Notes: generated by a model not told the origin, from the letters alone. A stretch of 64,000 bases of DNA from Anaeramoeba ignava BMAN (GCA_028826165.1 JAPDFW010000103.1:248001-312000), one strand, 5' to 3'. Positions 23,996 through 35,311 are shown, counted from the stretch's first letter. A program made the numbers and translations.

Positions 23996-24809
23996 AAGAA
24001 AATGAATTTTATTTTAATAAAGATAAATATTTAATTTTAATAATATTTAATAATAATTTAATTTAAATATATTTTTAATTTAATTTAAAATAATATTTTA
24101 ATTTTTTATTTTATTATTATATTTTTATTTATTTATTATTCAATTTTAATTAATTAAAATAAAATAATATTAAAAAGTGGAATAAATTTTTTTAATAAAT
24201 ATATATATTTAATTTTAATAATATTTAATAATAATTTAATTTAAATTTATTTTAATTTAATTTAATATAATATTTTTATTTATTATATTAATATTTTTAA
24301 TTATTTATTATTCCAATTTTAATTATAATAAAATATATTAAAAATAAAATTAAAAATTAAAAATTTTAAATAAATTGAATTTAACATGATTGAATAAGAT
24401 AAACTTTCTAAAAAAATAATTTACTAATTATTCTATTTTTGATTTTGATTATAATTTATTAATATTTAAATATTAATTAATAATAAATTTTATTTGATTT
24501 TTTTTATTTTAATATTTTAATTAATGAATTTAAATTTAATTATTATTAATTTCTATTTTCAATTTTTATTTTTATTTATTATATTAAAAATATTCAATTT
24601 TTTTAAAATTTATTATTTTTTTTTTTGGATTATTTTTATTAATTAAATTTTTAATAAATATTTTAAATTAAAATTAAATTATTTAAAATTAAATTTGTTT
24701 TTTATTATTTTAAAGAAATTAATTTGATTAAAAGTAAATTAAAATTGAATTAAATTTTGAAAAAAAAAAATTAAAAAAAAAGTTTGATTTTCTTATTATT
24801 AATTAATTT

Positions 24810-26474
24810 TTAAATGAAATAAGTTTCAACTTCATCAACAACCCATGAAGAATAAGAACCAGCTAAATAACTTTTACCTTCATTTGTATTCCAAGTAATT
24901 CCATTAGGTAGATTATAACTATGACCAAAATTTGAATTACCAGGTTGTAAATTAGAATTTAACCAAATATCATTATATCCATTTCCACCACCAAATAATG
25001 GACCATAACTATTATAGTTTGAATGAATTGCATATCCTTCATGACCTTGTTTAATTGTAAACTTTGCAGGTATTCTATCCCCTTTATCATTTCTTAATGA
25101 AAAAATAAATGCATTTGAATCATTAATCCATTCTCCACCTGTTGAATATTTAAATCCAACTTGAGTAAAACCTCCAAAAATAAAATTATCTTTTGTTTTG
25201 ATAATAATTAATGTTTTTACTTTCCCATCAACTGCTTTATGCCAATTTTGACAATTAAATCCATCTTTTTTTGCTGAAAATCCTTTTTTCATTTTAGAAA
25301 AAAAATCATTATCATTTATCCATTCTTGTAATTTCTTAACATATTCAATATCTTTAATAATTTCTGAATCTGAAAATTGAGGAAAATTCTTTTTTAATTC
25401 AATCTCTGCTTTCAAATCTTGATTTTCTTTCTTCCATTTCTCCTCAATTTCTTTGTTTTTATCTTCAACTTCTTTCTTCCATTTCTCTTCAATTTCCTTT
25501 TCTTTGTTTTCAATTTCCTTCTCTTTTTTTTCAATTTCTTTGTTTTTCTCTTCAACTTCTTTCTTCCATTTATCTTCAATTTCCTTCTCTTTGTTTTCAA
25601 TTTCTTTTTGATTATCTTGAATAACTTTGTTTTGAATATCAACTAAAAAAGATTTAGGAAAAAAATCAAATTGTTTTAATTTATCAAAATCTTGTTTTGA
25701 AATTGAATCTTTATCAAATAATGAAAAAAAAGAATGAAATAATCTTTTCTTTTCAATTCCTTTTTCTTTTTCTTTTTCTTTTTCTTTCTTTCCTTTTAAT
25801 CTTTCATTTCTTTTTTCAATCCAATTATTTAAAAATTGAAAAAAATCAAATTGAAAAATTTCTTTTTTTTCTTGTTTAAATTGAATAAATTTGATAATTT
25901 CTTCTTTAGTTAAATTGAATAAATTCTCATTATTCTGAATTTGGGAAAAATTTTGATTTATTAATTCAAAACATTTTATTTCAATTTCATTTGAATTTAA
26001 ATTTCGATTTTGAAATAAAAATTGGAAAAAATTTGAATAATTAATTGAATTTAAAATTTTTTTTTGAATAATTTCTTTCAATAAATTTAATTTAAAATAA
26101 ATTGAAATTTCTAATAATTGAATAAGATTTTCTTGATTCTCAAAAGAAATATTTCCATAATAAATATAACTCAAAATTGATTCCATTTCTTTTTTATTAA
26201 ATTGATTTAAAGAAATAGAAAGAGATTCTTGTCTTAATGACTCATTAAAAAAAGGAGATCTTGAAGATAAAATTGATTTATGAACTTTAATTTCAAAAGG
26301 ATTTGATTTATTCTCAACAAAAATTGAAAAATCTTTAAATGAATTTCCATTTAAAAGGTTTGAATAATTTTTAATTAAATTTTTTGTTACTTTTTTTTCT
26401 AAATTTTTCATTTCATTTTCATTTTGATTTTGATTTGCATTTTCAATTTGGTTGTTATTATTATCATTATCCAT
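24810..26474 (-). CDS. BTB + coiled-coil + TLDc domain protein (copy 1), intronless
   Basis: BTB: FKDFSIFV..IKVHKSILSSRSPFF. TLDc: GFSAKKDGFNCQNWHKAVDGKVKTLIIIKTKDNFIFGGFT..AFIFSL..GPLFG..VDEVETYFI. Confidence 0.92.
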   Translation of the reverse strand: MDNDNNNNQIENANQNQNENEMKNLEKKVTKNLIKNYSNLLNGNSFKDFSIFVENKSNPFEIKVHKSILSSRSPFFNESLRQESLSISLNQFNKKEMESILSYIYYGNISFENQENLIQLLEISIYFKLNLLKEIIQKKILNSINYSNFFQFLFQNRNLNSNEIEIKCFELINQNFSQIQNNENLFNLTKEEIIKFIQFKQEKKEIFQFDFFQFLNNWIEKRNERLKGKKEKEKEKEKGIEKKRLFHSFFSLFDKDSISKQDFDKLKQFDFFPKSFLVDIQNKVIQDNQKEIENKEKEIEDKWKKEVEEKNKEIEKKEKEIENKEKEIEEKWKKEVEDKNKEIEEKWKKENQDLKAEIELKKNFPQFSDSEIIKDIEYVKKLQEWINDNDFFSKMKKGFSAKKDGFNCQNWHKAVDGKVKTLIIIKTKDNFIFGGFTQVGFKYSTGGEWINDSNAFIFSLRNDKGDRIPAKFTIKQGHEGYAIHSNYNSYGPLFGGGNGYNDIWLNSNLQPGNSNFGHSYNLPNGITWNTNEGKSYLAGSYSSWVVDEVETYFI

Positions 26475-26869
26475 TTTGTTTTTTGTTTTTTGTTTTTTGT
26501 GTTTTTGTTTTTGTTTTTTAAAAAAAAGGAAAAAAATGAAAAAAAAAAATTTAAAAAAAAATGAATAAAAAAAGTGGATTTTGAAAATAAATAAATATAA
26601 AAAATAAGAATAAATTTAAATTAATAATTAATTTAATTTTCTTTTTAATTTATTATTTTAAATTAATTTATTAATAAATTATTATTATTTTTTATTAATT
26701 TTTATTATTAAAAAAAAGGAAATTTATTTTAATTTAATTTTTAATTTAATTTTTTTTTGGAATTTAAAAATTATTAATAAATTTAAATTTAAAAACAAAT
26801 TTCTAAATTAATATTAATTCAATTTAATTCAAAAAGATAAAATTTTAATTTCAAAAAAATCAATTTTCA

Positions 26870-28305
26870 AAATATTTTTAAATAATAAAATATTTAAATC
26901 TAAAACATTAAATTATTATTTTAATAATAAAATTAAATATTAAATTATATTTTTAAATTAATTTATAAATTAAATATTAAATTAAACCTATTTTTATTTT
27001 TTATATTTTTATGTTAAATATTTAAATAATAGAATATTTAAATCTAAAGCAATAAATTATTATTTTAATAATAAAATTAAATATTAAATTATATTTTTAA
27101 ATTAATTTATAAATTAAATACTAAATTAAATCTATTCTTATTTTTATATTTATATGTTAAATATTTAAATAATAAAATATTTAAATCTAAAACAATAAAT
27201 TATTATTTTAATAATAAAATTAAATATTAAATTATATTTTTAAATTAATTTATAAATTAAATATTAAATTAAATCTATTCTTATTTTTATATTTTTATGT
27301 TAAATATTTAAATAATAAAAATATTTAAATCTAAAAACAATAAATTATTATTTTTTAAACATAAAATTAAATATTAAATTATATTTTTAAATTAATTTAT
27401 TAATTAAATATTAAATTAAACCTATTCTCATTTTTATATTTATGTGTTAAATATTTAAATAATAAAATATTTAAATCTAAAACAATAAATAAATTATTTT
27501 ATTGTTTCTTCATAAAATTAAATATTAAATTATATTTTTAAATTGATTTTTAAATTAAATAAATTCAAAATTTGATTTGTTCTTTATTTTTATATTTATA
27601 TGTTAAATATTTGAATAATAAAATATTTAAATCTAAAACATTAAATTATTATTTTAAACATAAAATTAAATATTAAATTATATTTTTAAATTAATTTATA
27701 AATTAAATATTAAATTAAACTTATTCTTATTTTCTATATTTATATGTTAAATATTTAAATAATAAAATATTTAAATCTAAAACAATAAATTATTATTTTA
27801 ATAATAAAATTAAATATTAAATTATATTTTTAAATTAATTTATAAATTAAAAATAATAAATTAAATATATTCTTATTTTTATATTTATATGTTAAATATT
27901 TAAATAATAAAATATTTAAATATAAAACATTAAATTACTATTTTAATAATAAAATTAAATATTAATTTATATTTTTAAATTAATTTATAAATTAAATATT
28001 AAATTAAATCTATTTTCGTTTTTATATTTATATGTTAAATATTTAAATAATAAAATATTTAAATTTAAAACATTAAATTATTATTTTAATAATGAAATTA
28101 AATATTAAATTATATTTTTAAATTAATTTATAAATTAAATATTAAATTAAATCAATTCTTATTTTTTATATTTATATGTTAAATATTTAAATAATAAAAT
28201 ATTTAAATCTAAAATATTAAATTATTATTTTAGACATAAAATTAAATATTAAATTATATTTTTAAATTGATTTATAAATTAAATATTAAATTAAATCTAT
28301 TCTCA
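26870..28305. repeat. ~143-144-bp minisatellite type 2, about 10 units, upstream of BTB-TLDc copy 1
   Basis: AATAATAAAATATTTAAATCTAAAAC recurs at ~26881, 27025, 27168 and onward. Confidence 0.88.
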
Positions 28306-28309
28306 TTTT

Positions 28310-28428
28310 TTATTGATTTTGATTATTAAATTTGTTAATTAATAAATCAAATAAATTTGGATTTGTTTGATTTAATTGAAGATAATCAATTCCAATTTGA
28401 AGTTCATCAATAATTTCTTGTGTAATTT
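28310..28428 (-). pseudogene. Short 5'-truncated RCC1-BTB 3'-end fragment
   Basis: Translates to ITQEIIDELQIGIDYLQLNQTNPNLFDLLINKFNNQNQ*, matching the C-termini of copies A and B. Confidence 0.85.
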
Positions 28429-28567
28429 TTCAAAATAAAATCTATTCCAAAATTTTCTTTTCAAAAACTTTTTATTTGTTCTCAATCTTTTTAAAATAAA
28501 CAATAAAATTTCAAAAAATTAATCAATTTGAAAACCAAATTTAAAATTCATCAAATAATAAATCTAT

Positions 28568-31323
28568 TTAATTATCTTCAGTTCGAGCACAAAAACATTT
28601 ATGAAAAAAACCCTTTTTTTTTGGAAACATTTTTTCTTTTAAAAGAGTTTTAATTTCTTCATTTTCTGTTAAATCAAGTGCAGTTTTTCCCTTTTAAATT
28701 AAGGAATATAAAAAATAAGAACATTTTGATTAAAATTCTTCTTTTTTTTTGGAAAGTAAAAATATTTTCATTTAAATTTTACTTCCTAAATTTTCAAAAA
28801 ATAAAACAATATAAATTTCAAATGAAATTGTTTTTTTTTCAAATCTAATTATTTTATTTACAAAATCTCTTTTGAAAACAGAAGCTTTTGCATTTAGTAA
28901 TTCTTTTACAATTTCAACACTACCAATTTGTGCTGAAAACATAAGAGCAGTTTCTCCCTAAATTAATTAATTTTTATTGATAAATATTTTTCAATTACAA
29001 TTTTCATAAATAAATACTGCCTAAAAATTAAAAATTCAAAAAATTCAATTAAAAATTCAATTAAAAATTCAATTAAAAATTTTAAAAAGAATTCACAAAA
29101 TTTTGTAAATCAACATTTGCTCCTTGAGCAATTAATTCTTTTGCAACTTCAAAATGAACAAAATTTGAAGCAAAATGTAAAGCACTATTACTCTAATTAA
29201 TTCAAAAAAAAAGAAGAAGAAAAATATGACATTTTTTTTTAGAATTTGGAATATTTTTTTTTTTGGAAAATTTACTTCCTTTTAAAAAAAAAATAAATTA
29301 AAATAAAAAATTTAATAAGAAGAAAGTTTTTTCTTGAAATTACATGATCAGTATGATTTATTTCTGCATCATATTTTATTAGTTCTTGAACCATAGCTAA
29401 ATTTCCATATCTTGAAGCAAATATTAAAGGAGTTACTTTCTTAAAATTAAATCAATATTAAATCAATATTAAATCAAAATTAAATAAATTTAAATCAAAA
29501 TATTAAATCAAAATTAAATCAAAATTAAATCAAATTTAAATCAAATTAAATTAAAATTAAATATAAATTAAATCAAATTTAAATCAAAATTAAATCAAAA
29601 TTAAATCAATCAAAATTAAATCAATATTAAATTAAAATTAAATCGAAATTAAATCAAAATTAAATCAAAATAAAAAATTTCTTTTGAAAAATATTTCATT
29701 TTCAAATCTTATTTTCATAATAATAATAATAATAATAAAAAAAACAATTATTAAATTTGAATATAAAAAAATTGTTTTAATTAATTTATTGAGACAAGAT
29801 AAACCTTATCACAACAATTTGGATCTGCTTTGTTTTCAAGTAAATAACGAAGAACATCCAACTGCCCATTTTGAGAAGCAATTAATAAAGGAGTTGAACC
29901 CTTTAAGAATATTTAAAATGAATTTTTGAATTTTAATTTTGATTTTTATTTTGAATTAAAAATTTACATTCTATTTCAAACAAAATAAAATCATTAATTT
30001 TCATCTTCTTTATTAAAAAAAGAAAATGCAATTTATTTTACCAATGTTTGTTTTTCAATATCAGCTTGATTTTCCACTAAATATTGAACAATTTCTAAAC
30101 TTCCTTGGTCAGATGCATAATGAAGAGGAGTCCATCCCTTTTAATAATAATAATAATTTTAAATAATCAAAATAATTTTAAATAAAACAAAATTTACATT
30201 TAAACAAAAATAAAAATTTAAATTAATTTTAAATAAATAAAATTTAAATTGATTTTTAAATAAATAAATTGATTTTAAATAAATAAATTGATTTTAAATA
30301 AATAAATTAATTTTAAATAAATTGAATTGAATTTTAAATAAATTAAATTGATTTTAAAATAAATAAATTAATTTTAAATAAATAAAATTGATTTTAAATA
30401 AATAAATTGATTTTAAATAAATGAATTGGGATTTTAAATAAATAAATTGATTTTTAAATAGATGAATTGATTTTTAAATAAATAAATAAATTTTAAATAA
30501 AATAAATTGATTTTAAATAAAATGATTTTAAATAAATAAATAAATTTTTTAAATAAATAAATTGATTTTAAATAAATTAAATTTATTTTAAATAAATAAA
30601 TTGATTTTAAATAAATAAATTCATTTTAAATAAATAAATTGATTTTTAAATAAATAAATTGATTTTAAATAGATGAATTGATTTTAAATAAATAAATTCA
30701 TTTTTAAATAAATGAAGTTGATTTGAAATAAAAATGAATTGAATTCATTTTAAATAAATAAATTGATTTTAAATAAATGAATTGATTTTAAATAAATAAA
30801 TTGATTTTAAATAAATAAATTGATTTTTAAATGAATTGATTAATTTTAAATAAATAAATTGATTTTAAATAAATAAATTGATTTTAAATAAATAAATTGA
30901 TTTTAAATAAATAAATTGATTTTAAATAAATAAATTCATTTTAAATAAATAAATTGATTGATTTTAAATAAATAAATTGATTTTAAATAATTGAATTGAT
31001 TTTAAATAAATAAATTGAATTGATTTTAAATAAATAAATGAATTGATTTTAAATGAATTGATTTTAAATAAATAAATGGATTGGTTTGAATACTCCTAAA
31101 TCTTGATTAATATCTACTCCTTGTGAAACAAGCATTTTTATTGAAGAAATATCATTTTTTTCAATAGCTTCTTGAAGGGTATAAAGTTCCTTTTATTTAA
31201 ATATAAAAAAATTTTTTTTTTAATTGAATAATTTCTCAATTTATTTTTATTTGCATTTTTATTATTTATAATTTAAATTATAAAAGAAAAAATTGGAAAA
31301 TTATTTACTAAAAGATAATCCAT
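28568..31323 (-). CDS. Ankyrin-repeat protein (Ank2) built of 96-nt exons and 3-nt microexons
   Basis: Exons: 31323-31309 (MDYLL); 31189-31094; 30137-30042 (GWTPLHYASDQG..); 29900-29805 (GSTPLLIASQNG..); 29439-29344 (KVTPLIFASRYG..); 29192-29097 (SNSALHFASNF..); 28957-28862 (GETALMFSAQIG..); 28690-28568 (GKTALDLT..ARTEDN*). Microexons AAT 29970-29968, GAA 29278-29276, GCA 29020-29018, GAA 28785-28783. Confidence 0.92.
30205..31075. repeat. (TTTTAAATAAATAAATTGA)n ~19-bp satellite in an Ank2 intron
   Basis: Visible degenerate tandem array. Confidence 0.88.
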
Positions 31324-31438
31324 TTCAAATAAAAAGAAAAAAAATAAAAAAAAAAAAAAAAATAAAAAGAAAGTGAAAAATAATTTTTTTCATTTTTTTC
31401 ATTTTTTTCATTTTTTTTTCATTTTTTAATTTAATTAA

Positions 31439-33211
31439 ATGAATCCAACAAAAAGAAAAATTTTATTAATTGGTCGTTCAGGAAGTGGAAAAACATCAAT
31501 GCGTTCAGTAATTTTTGCAAATTTTCAAAAATGAAATAAAAAAAAGAAAAAGAAAAATTAAAAAGAAAATTAAAAAAATTTTATTTCAAAATTTAAAAAT
31601 CAAAATATGAAATAAAATTTTAAAATTAAATACATAAAAAATTAAACTTAATTAAATTGATATAGATTCATAAATTTGATGTAAGATTTCTTGGGAATTT
31701 AATTTTAAATTTATGGATTGTGGAGGTAAAAAAATTATTTTAAAAAATTAAATTTTTGAAATTAAATTAAATAAATTATTTTAAAAATTAAATTAAAAAT
31801 AAATTATTATGAAAAAATTAAATTAATAAATTATTTTAAAATTAAATTAATAAATTATTATAAAATTAATAAAATTAATAAATTATTTTAAAATTAAATT
31901 AATAAAATTTTGAAATTAAATTTTAAAATTAAATAAATAAATTATTTTAAAATTAAATTAATAAATTATTTTGAAATTAAATTAATTTTAAATTATTTTT
32001 AAAATTAAATTAATAAATTATTATTAAATTAAATTAATAAATTCTATTATTAAAAATTAAATTAATAAATTTTTTAAAATTAAAATAAAATTTTAAAAAA
32101 ATAAATTATTTTTAAAAATTAAATTAATTAATAAATTATTAAAATTAAATTAAATTAATAAATTATTATTAAATTAAATTAATAAATTATTATTAAATTA
32201 AATTAATAAACTATTTTGAAATTAAATTAATAAATTATTAATAAATTAAATTAATAAATTATTTTAAAATTAAATTAATAAATTATTCTGAAATTAAATT
32301 ATTAAATCATTTTAAAATTAAATTAATAAATTATTTTGAAATTATTTTAAAATTATTTTGAAATTATTAGGTCAAGATTCTTATTTAGAAAATTTTTTCG
32401 GTTCTCAAAGAGATCGAGTTTTTCGTAACGTTGAAGTTCTTATTTATGTTTTTGACGTTACAAGAAAAGATACTGAAAAAGTAAAATTTCATTTTTTATA
32501 AAACAAAACAAATAGATTATAAAATTTATAAAACAAAAACAATAGGATTTAAATTATCTTGAATCATCAGTTTTTGCACTTTCGGAATTTTCACCAGAAT
32601 CCAAAATATTCTGTTTAATCCACAAAGTGGATCTTATACCTGAAGAAGAACGAGAAAATGTGATTGAATCATATAAAGAGGAAATTATGAAATTTTTAAG
32701 TAAATTTTCAGAAATATTAGAAAATCCATTGAAAGTAACTTGTTTTGGAACATCAATTTGGAACGAAACATTATTTTTGGCTTGGTCAAAAATAGTTTAT
32801 TCTTTGATTCCAAAAATTCAACTTTTGGAAGAGCATTTACATAGTTTTTGTCAAATTTGTGATGCAGAAGAAGTTGTTTTATTTGAACGCTCAACTTTTC
32901 TTGTCATTTCTGCTTCTTCTTCAAAAACTTATCAAGATATTCATCGATTTGAAAAAATATCAAAATTTATTAAGCATTTTAAATTAAGTTGCAATAAAGC
33001 TCATTCTCCTTTTCAAAGTATGGAAATTCGCAACAGATTTTTCACAGCTTTTGTTGATTCTTTTACTGCAAATAGTTATATTCTTGTTATTATTTCTGAT
33101 CCTCAAATTGAAAATGCTGCTATTTCTTTAAATATTCAAGTTGCAAGAAATCATTTTGAAAATTTAGTTCAAAAAACTAGAGGAAATGATGATAATGCTC
33201 TTGTGATTTAG
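31439..33211 (+). CDS. RRAGA: Rag GTPase A/B (Gtr1) homologue; 5' part defective in this sequence
   Basis: [23 protein letters not shown]; [12 protein letters not shown](D)CGGQ; [13 protein letters not shown]; IFCLIHKVD; [16 protein letters not shown]; [10 protein letters not shown]; HRFEKIS. Introns 31726-32370 and 32481-~32545. The switch I segment is absent and one G is missing at ~31716. Confidence 0.9.
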
Positions 33212-33381
33212 TTGGATTTTTTAAACCAAAAAATATTTTTTCTTTTTGTTTTTTTCTTCTTTTATTTTCTTCTTCTTTTTTTCTGAAACAAAAACGAAGA
33301 AAATAATTTTCCAGATTAAATTTCCAAAATTAAAAAAAATTTTTTTAACTTAAATTTTAACTTAAATTTCTGTTTTTGTTT

Positions 33382-35075
33382 TCAATTATTTTGATTTGAT
33401 TTTTCTTCAACTTCTTCAAATAATTTATCTCTAATTAAAGGTAAAATTGATTCAAAAGCCATTAATAATCTGTTATCTAAAGTATTTGAACAAACAATTC
33501 TACCATTAGAAGAATTCAAAACAACACCTCCTGAACTATTTTATAAAAAAGAAAAAATAAAATTTTTTTTTTTAGGGAATTTTTTTTGACAGTTTTTTTT
33601 TCGACTTTTTTTTTTATTTACCAAAATGGAACTGATTTTCCTTTTTGTTTTGGAGGTGGAAGATATTGAGAACGCAATAATTTAATTTCGCAATCTTTAG
33701 AGGTAATTTCTTTATATTTTTCTATTGCTTTTGGAATTGCTTCATTAACAATTTTAACGTCACAATGTCTGCATTGAAGGATAACTTTTGGTTCTCTTAA
33801 TTTTAATAAACCCTTTTAATAAAAATGAATTAGTTTTTTTTTTTGTCATTTCTTTTTTCTTTTAAAAAGATACTTGAATTATTAATTTTTCAATTAATTG
33901 TTCATATTGAGGTGATGGTTTTCCAATTTCTGTTAATTTAAAATGAGCTTCTTTTAAAATTCTTTGAACTGCATTATATTTTGCTTTTAAAATTGCCAAT
34001 CTTGTTGAATTAATAATTGTTGAATTTTGACTAAAATTTTTACAAATTTAATTTATAATTTAATTTTGAATTTATTTATAATTTTATTTATAATTTAATT
34101 TTGATTTGATTTATAATTTAATTTTGATTTTGAATTTAATTTATAATTTTATTTATAATTTTATATTGAATTTAATTTATAATTTTATTTTATAATTTAA
34201 TTTATAATTTAATTTATAATTTATTTATAATTTTATTTATAATTTAATTTATAATTTATTTATAATTTTATTTATAATTTTATTTATAATTTAATTTATA
34301 ATTTAATTTTGAATTTAATTTATAATTTTATTTATAATTTTATTTATAATTTTATTTATAATTTTATTTTGAATTTAATTTATAATTTTATTTATAATTT
34401 AATTTATAATTTAATTTATAATTTAATTTTTGATTTAATTTATAATTTAATTTATAATTTAATTTTGATTTAATTTATAATTTAATTTATAATTTAATTT
34501 ATAATTTAATTTATAATTTAATTTATAATTTTATTTATAATTTTATTTATAATTTTATTTATAATTTAATTTTGAATTTAATTTATAATTTGATTTATAA
34601 TTTTATATTGAATTTAATTTATAATTTTATTTATAATTTTATTTATAATTTTATTTATAATTTTATTTATAATTTAATTTATTATTTTATTTATAATTTT
34701 ATTTATATTTTAATTTATAATTTAATTTATAATTTTATTTATAATTTAATTTATAATTTAATTTATAATTTAAATTTGAATTCGAAATTTAAATTTGTAC
34801 ATTTTCTTTTCTGCTAAAATTTTCTTTTTTTTTCTTTCATATTCATCATCAACTAATTGAAATTCTTGATTCATTAAATTTCTTTTTTCAACTTTAAATA
34901 AATTTTCTGCATCTTTTTTTTGTTTTTCAAGTCTTTCTTTTCTTTGATTATCAATTTGCTCAATCATTCTTTCAAAAGTTTCAACAACTTCTTGATCTGT
35001 TAATTTAGCTCTTTTTTTCTGTTTTTGCTTTTTTTCTTCTTGATTTTTTTCTTGTTTGTTTTTTTCTTGTTTCAT
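33382..35075 (-). CDS. ATP6V1E: V-type proton ATPase subunit E
   Basis: LTDQEV..RMIEQI; FKVEKRNLM; QNSTIINSTRLAILKAK; LIIQGLLKLREPKVILQCR; CSGGVVLNSSNGRIVCSNTLDNRL. Three GT-AG introns, the first (34031-34800) satellite-filled. Confidence 0.92.
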
Positions 35076-35311
35076 TTTTTAATCTTTTTTTTTTATTAAA
35101 AAAATTGAAAAAAAAAAAATGAAAAAAAAATTTAAAAAAAAAAATTTTTCAAATTAAAATAAAAAGTGGTTTTAATCCATAAATTTTATTTAGATGACTC
35201 ATTATAAAAAGATTTAATAATTTTATTTTCTTTTTGCTTTATTTTTGTTTTATCAAAAAATCAATAAAATTTTTCTTTTTAATTTTTCTTTTTATTTTTA
35301 ATAAAGAAAAT

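Noticed and set aside
26870-28305. Regular ~144-bp array as a possible CRISPR
   Set aside because: Whole units repeat with no unique spacers, there are no cas genes, and the context is eukaryotic.
29434-29441. ttaag|AAA|gtaact as another microexon
   Set aside because: It is the start of the 96-nt exon (K-V-T-P-L); GTA encodes Val in the x-x-T-P-L motif.
1791-35075. Functional endolysosomal cluster (VPS41, RagA, V-ATPase E, TLDc)
   Set aside because: The genes are interspersed with unrelated ones and the TLDc genes appear to be recent insertions; this cannot be distinguished from chance without synteny data.
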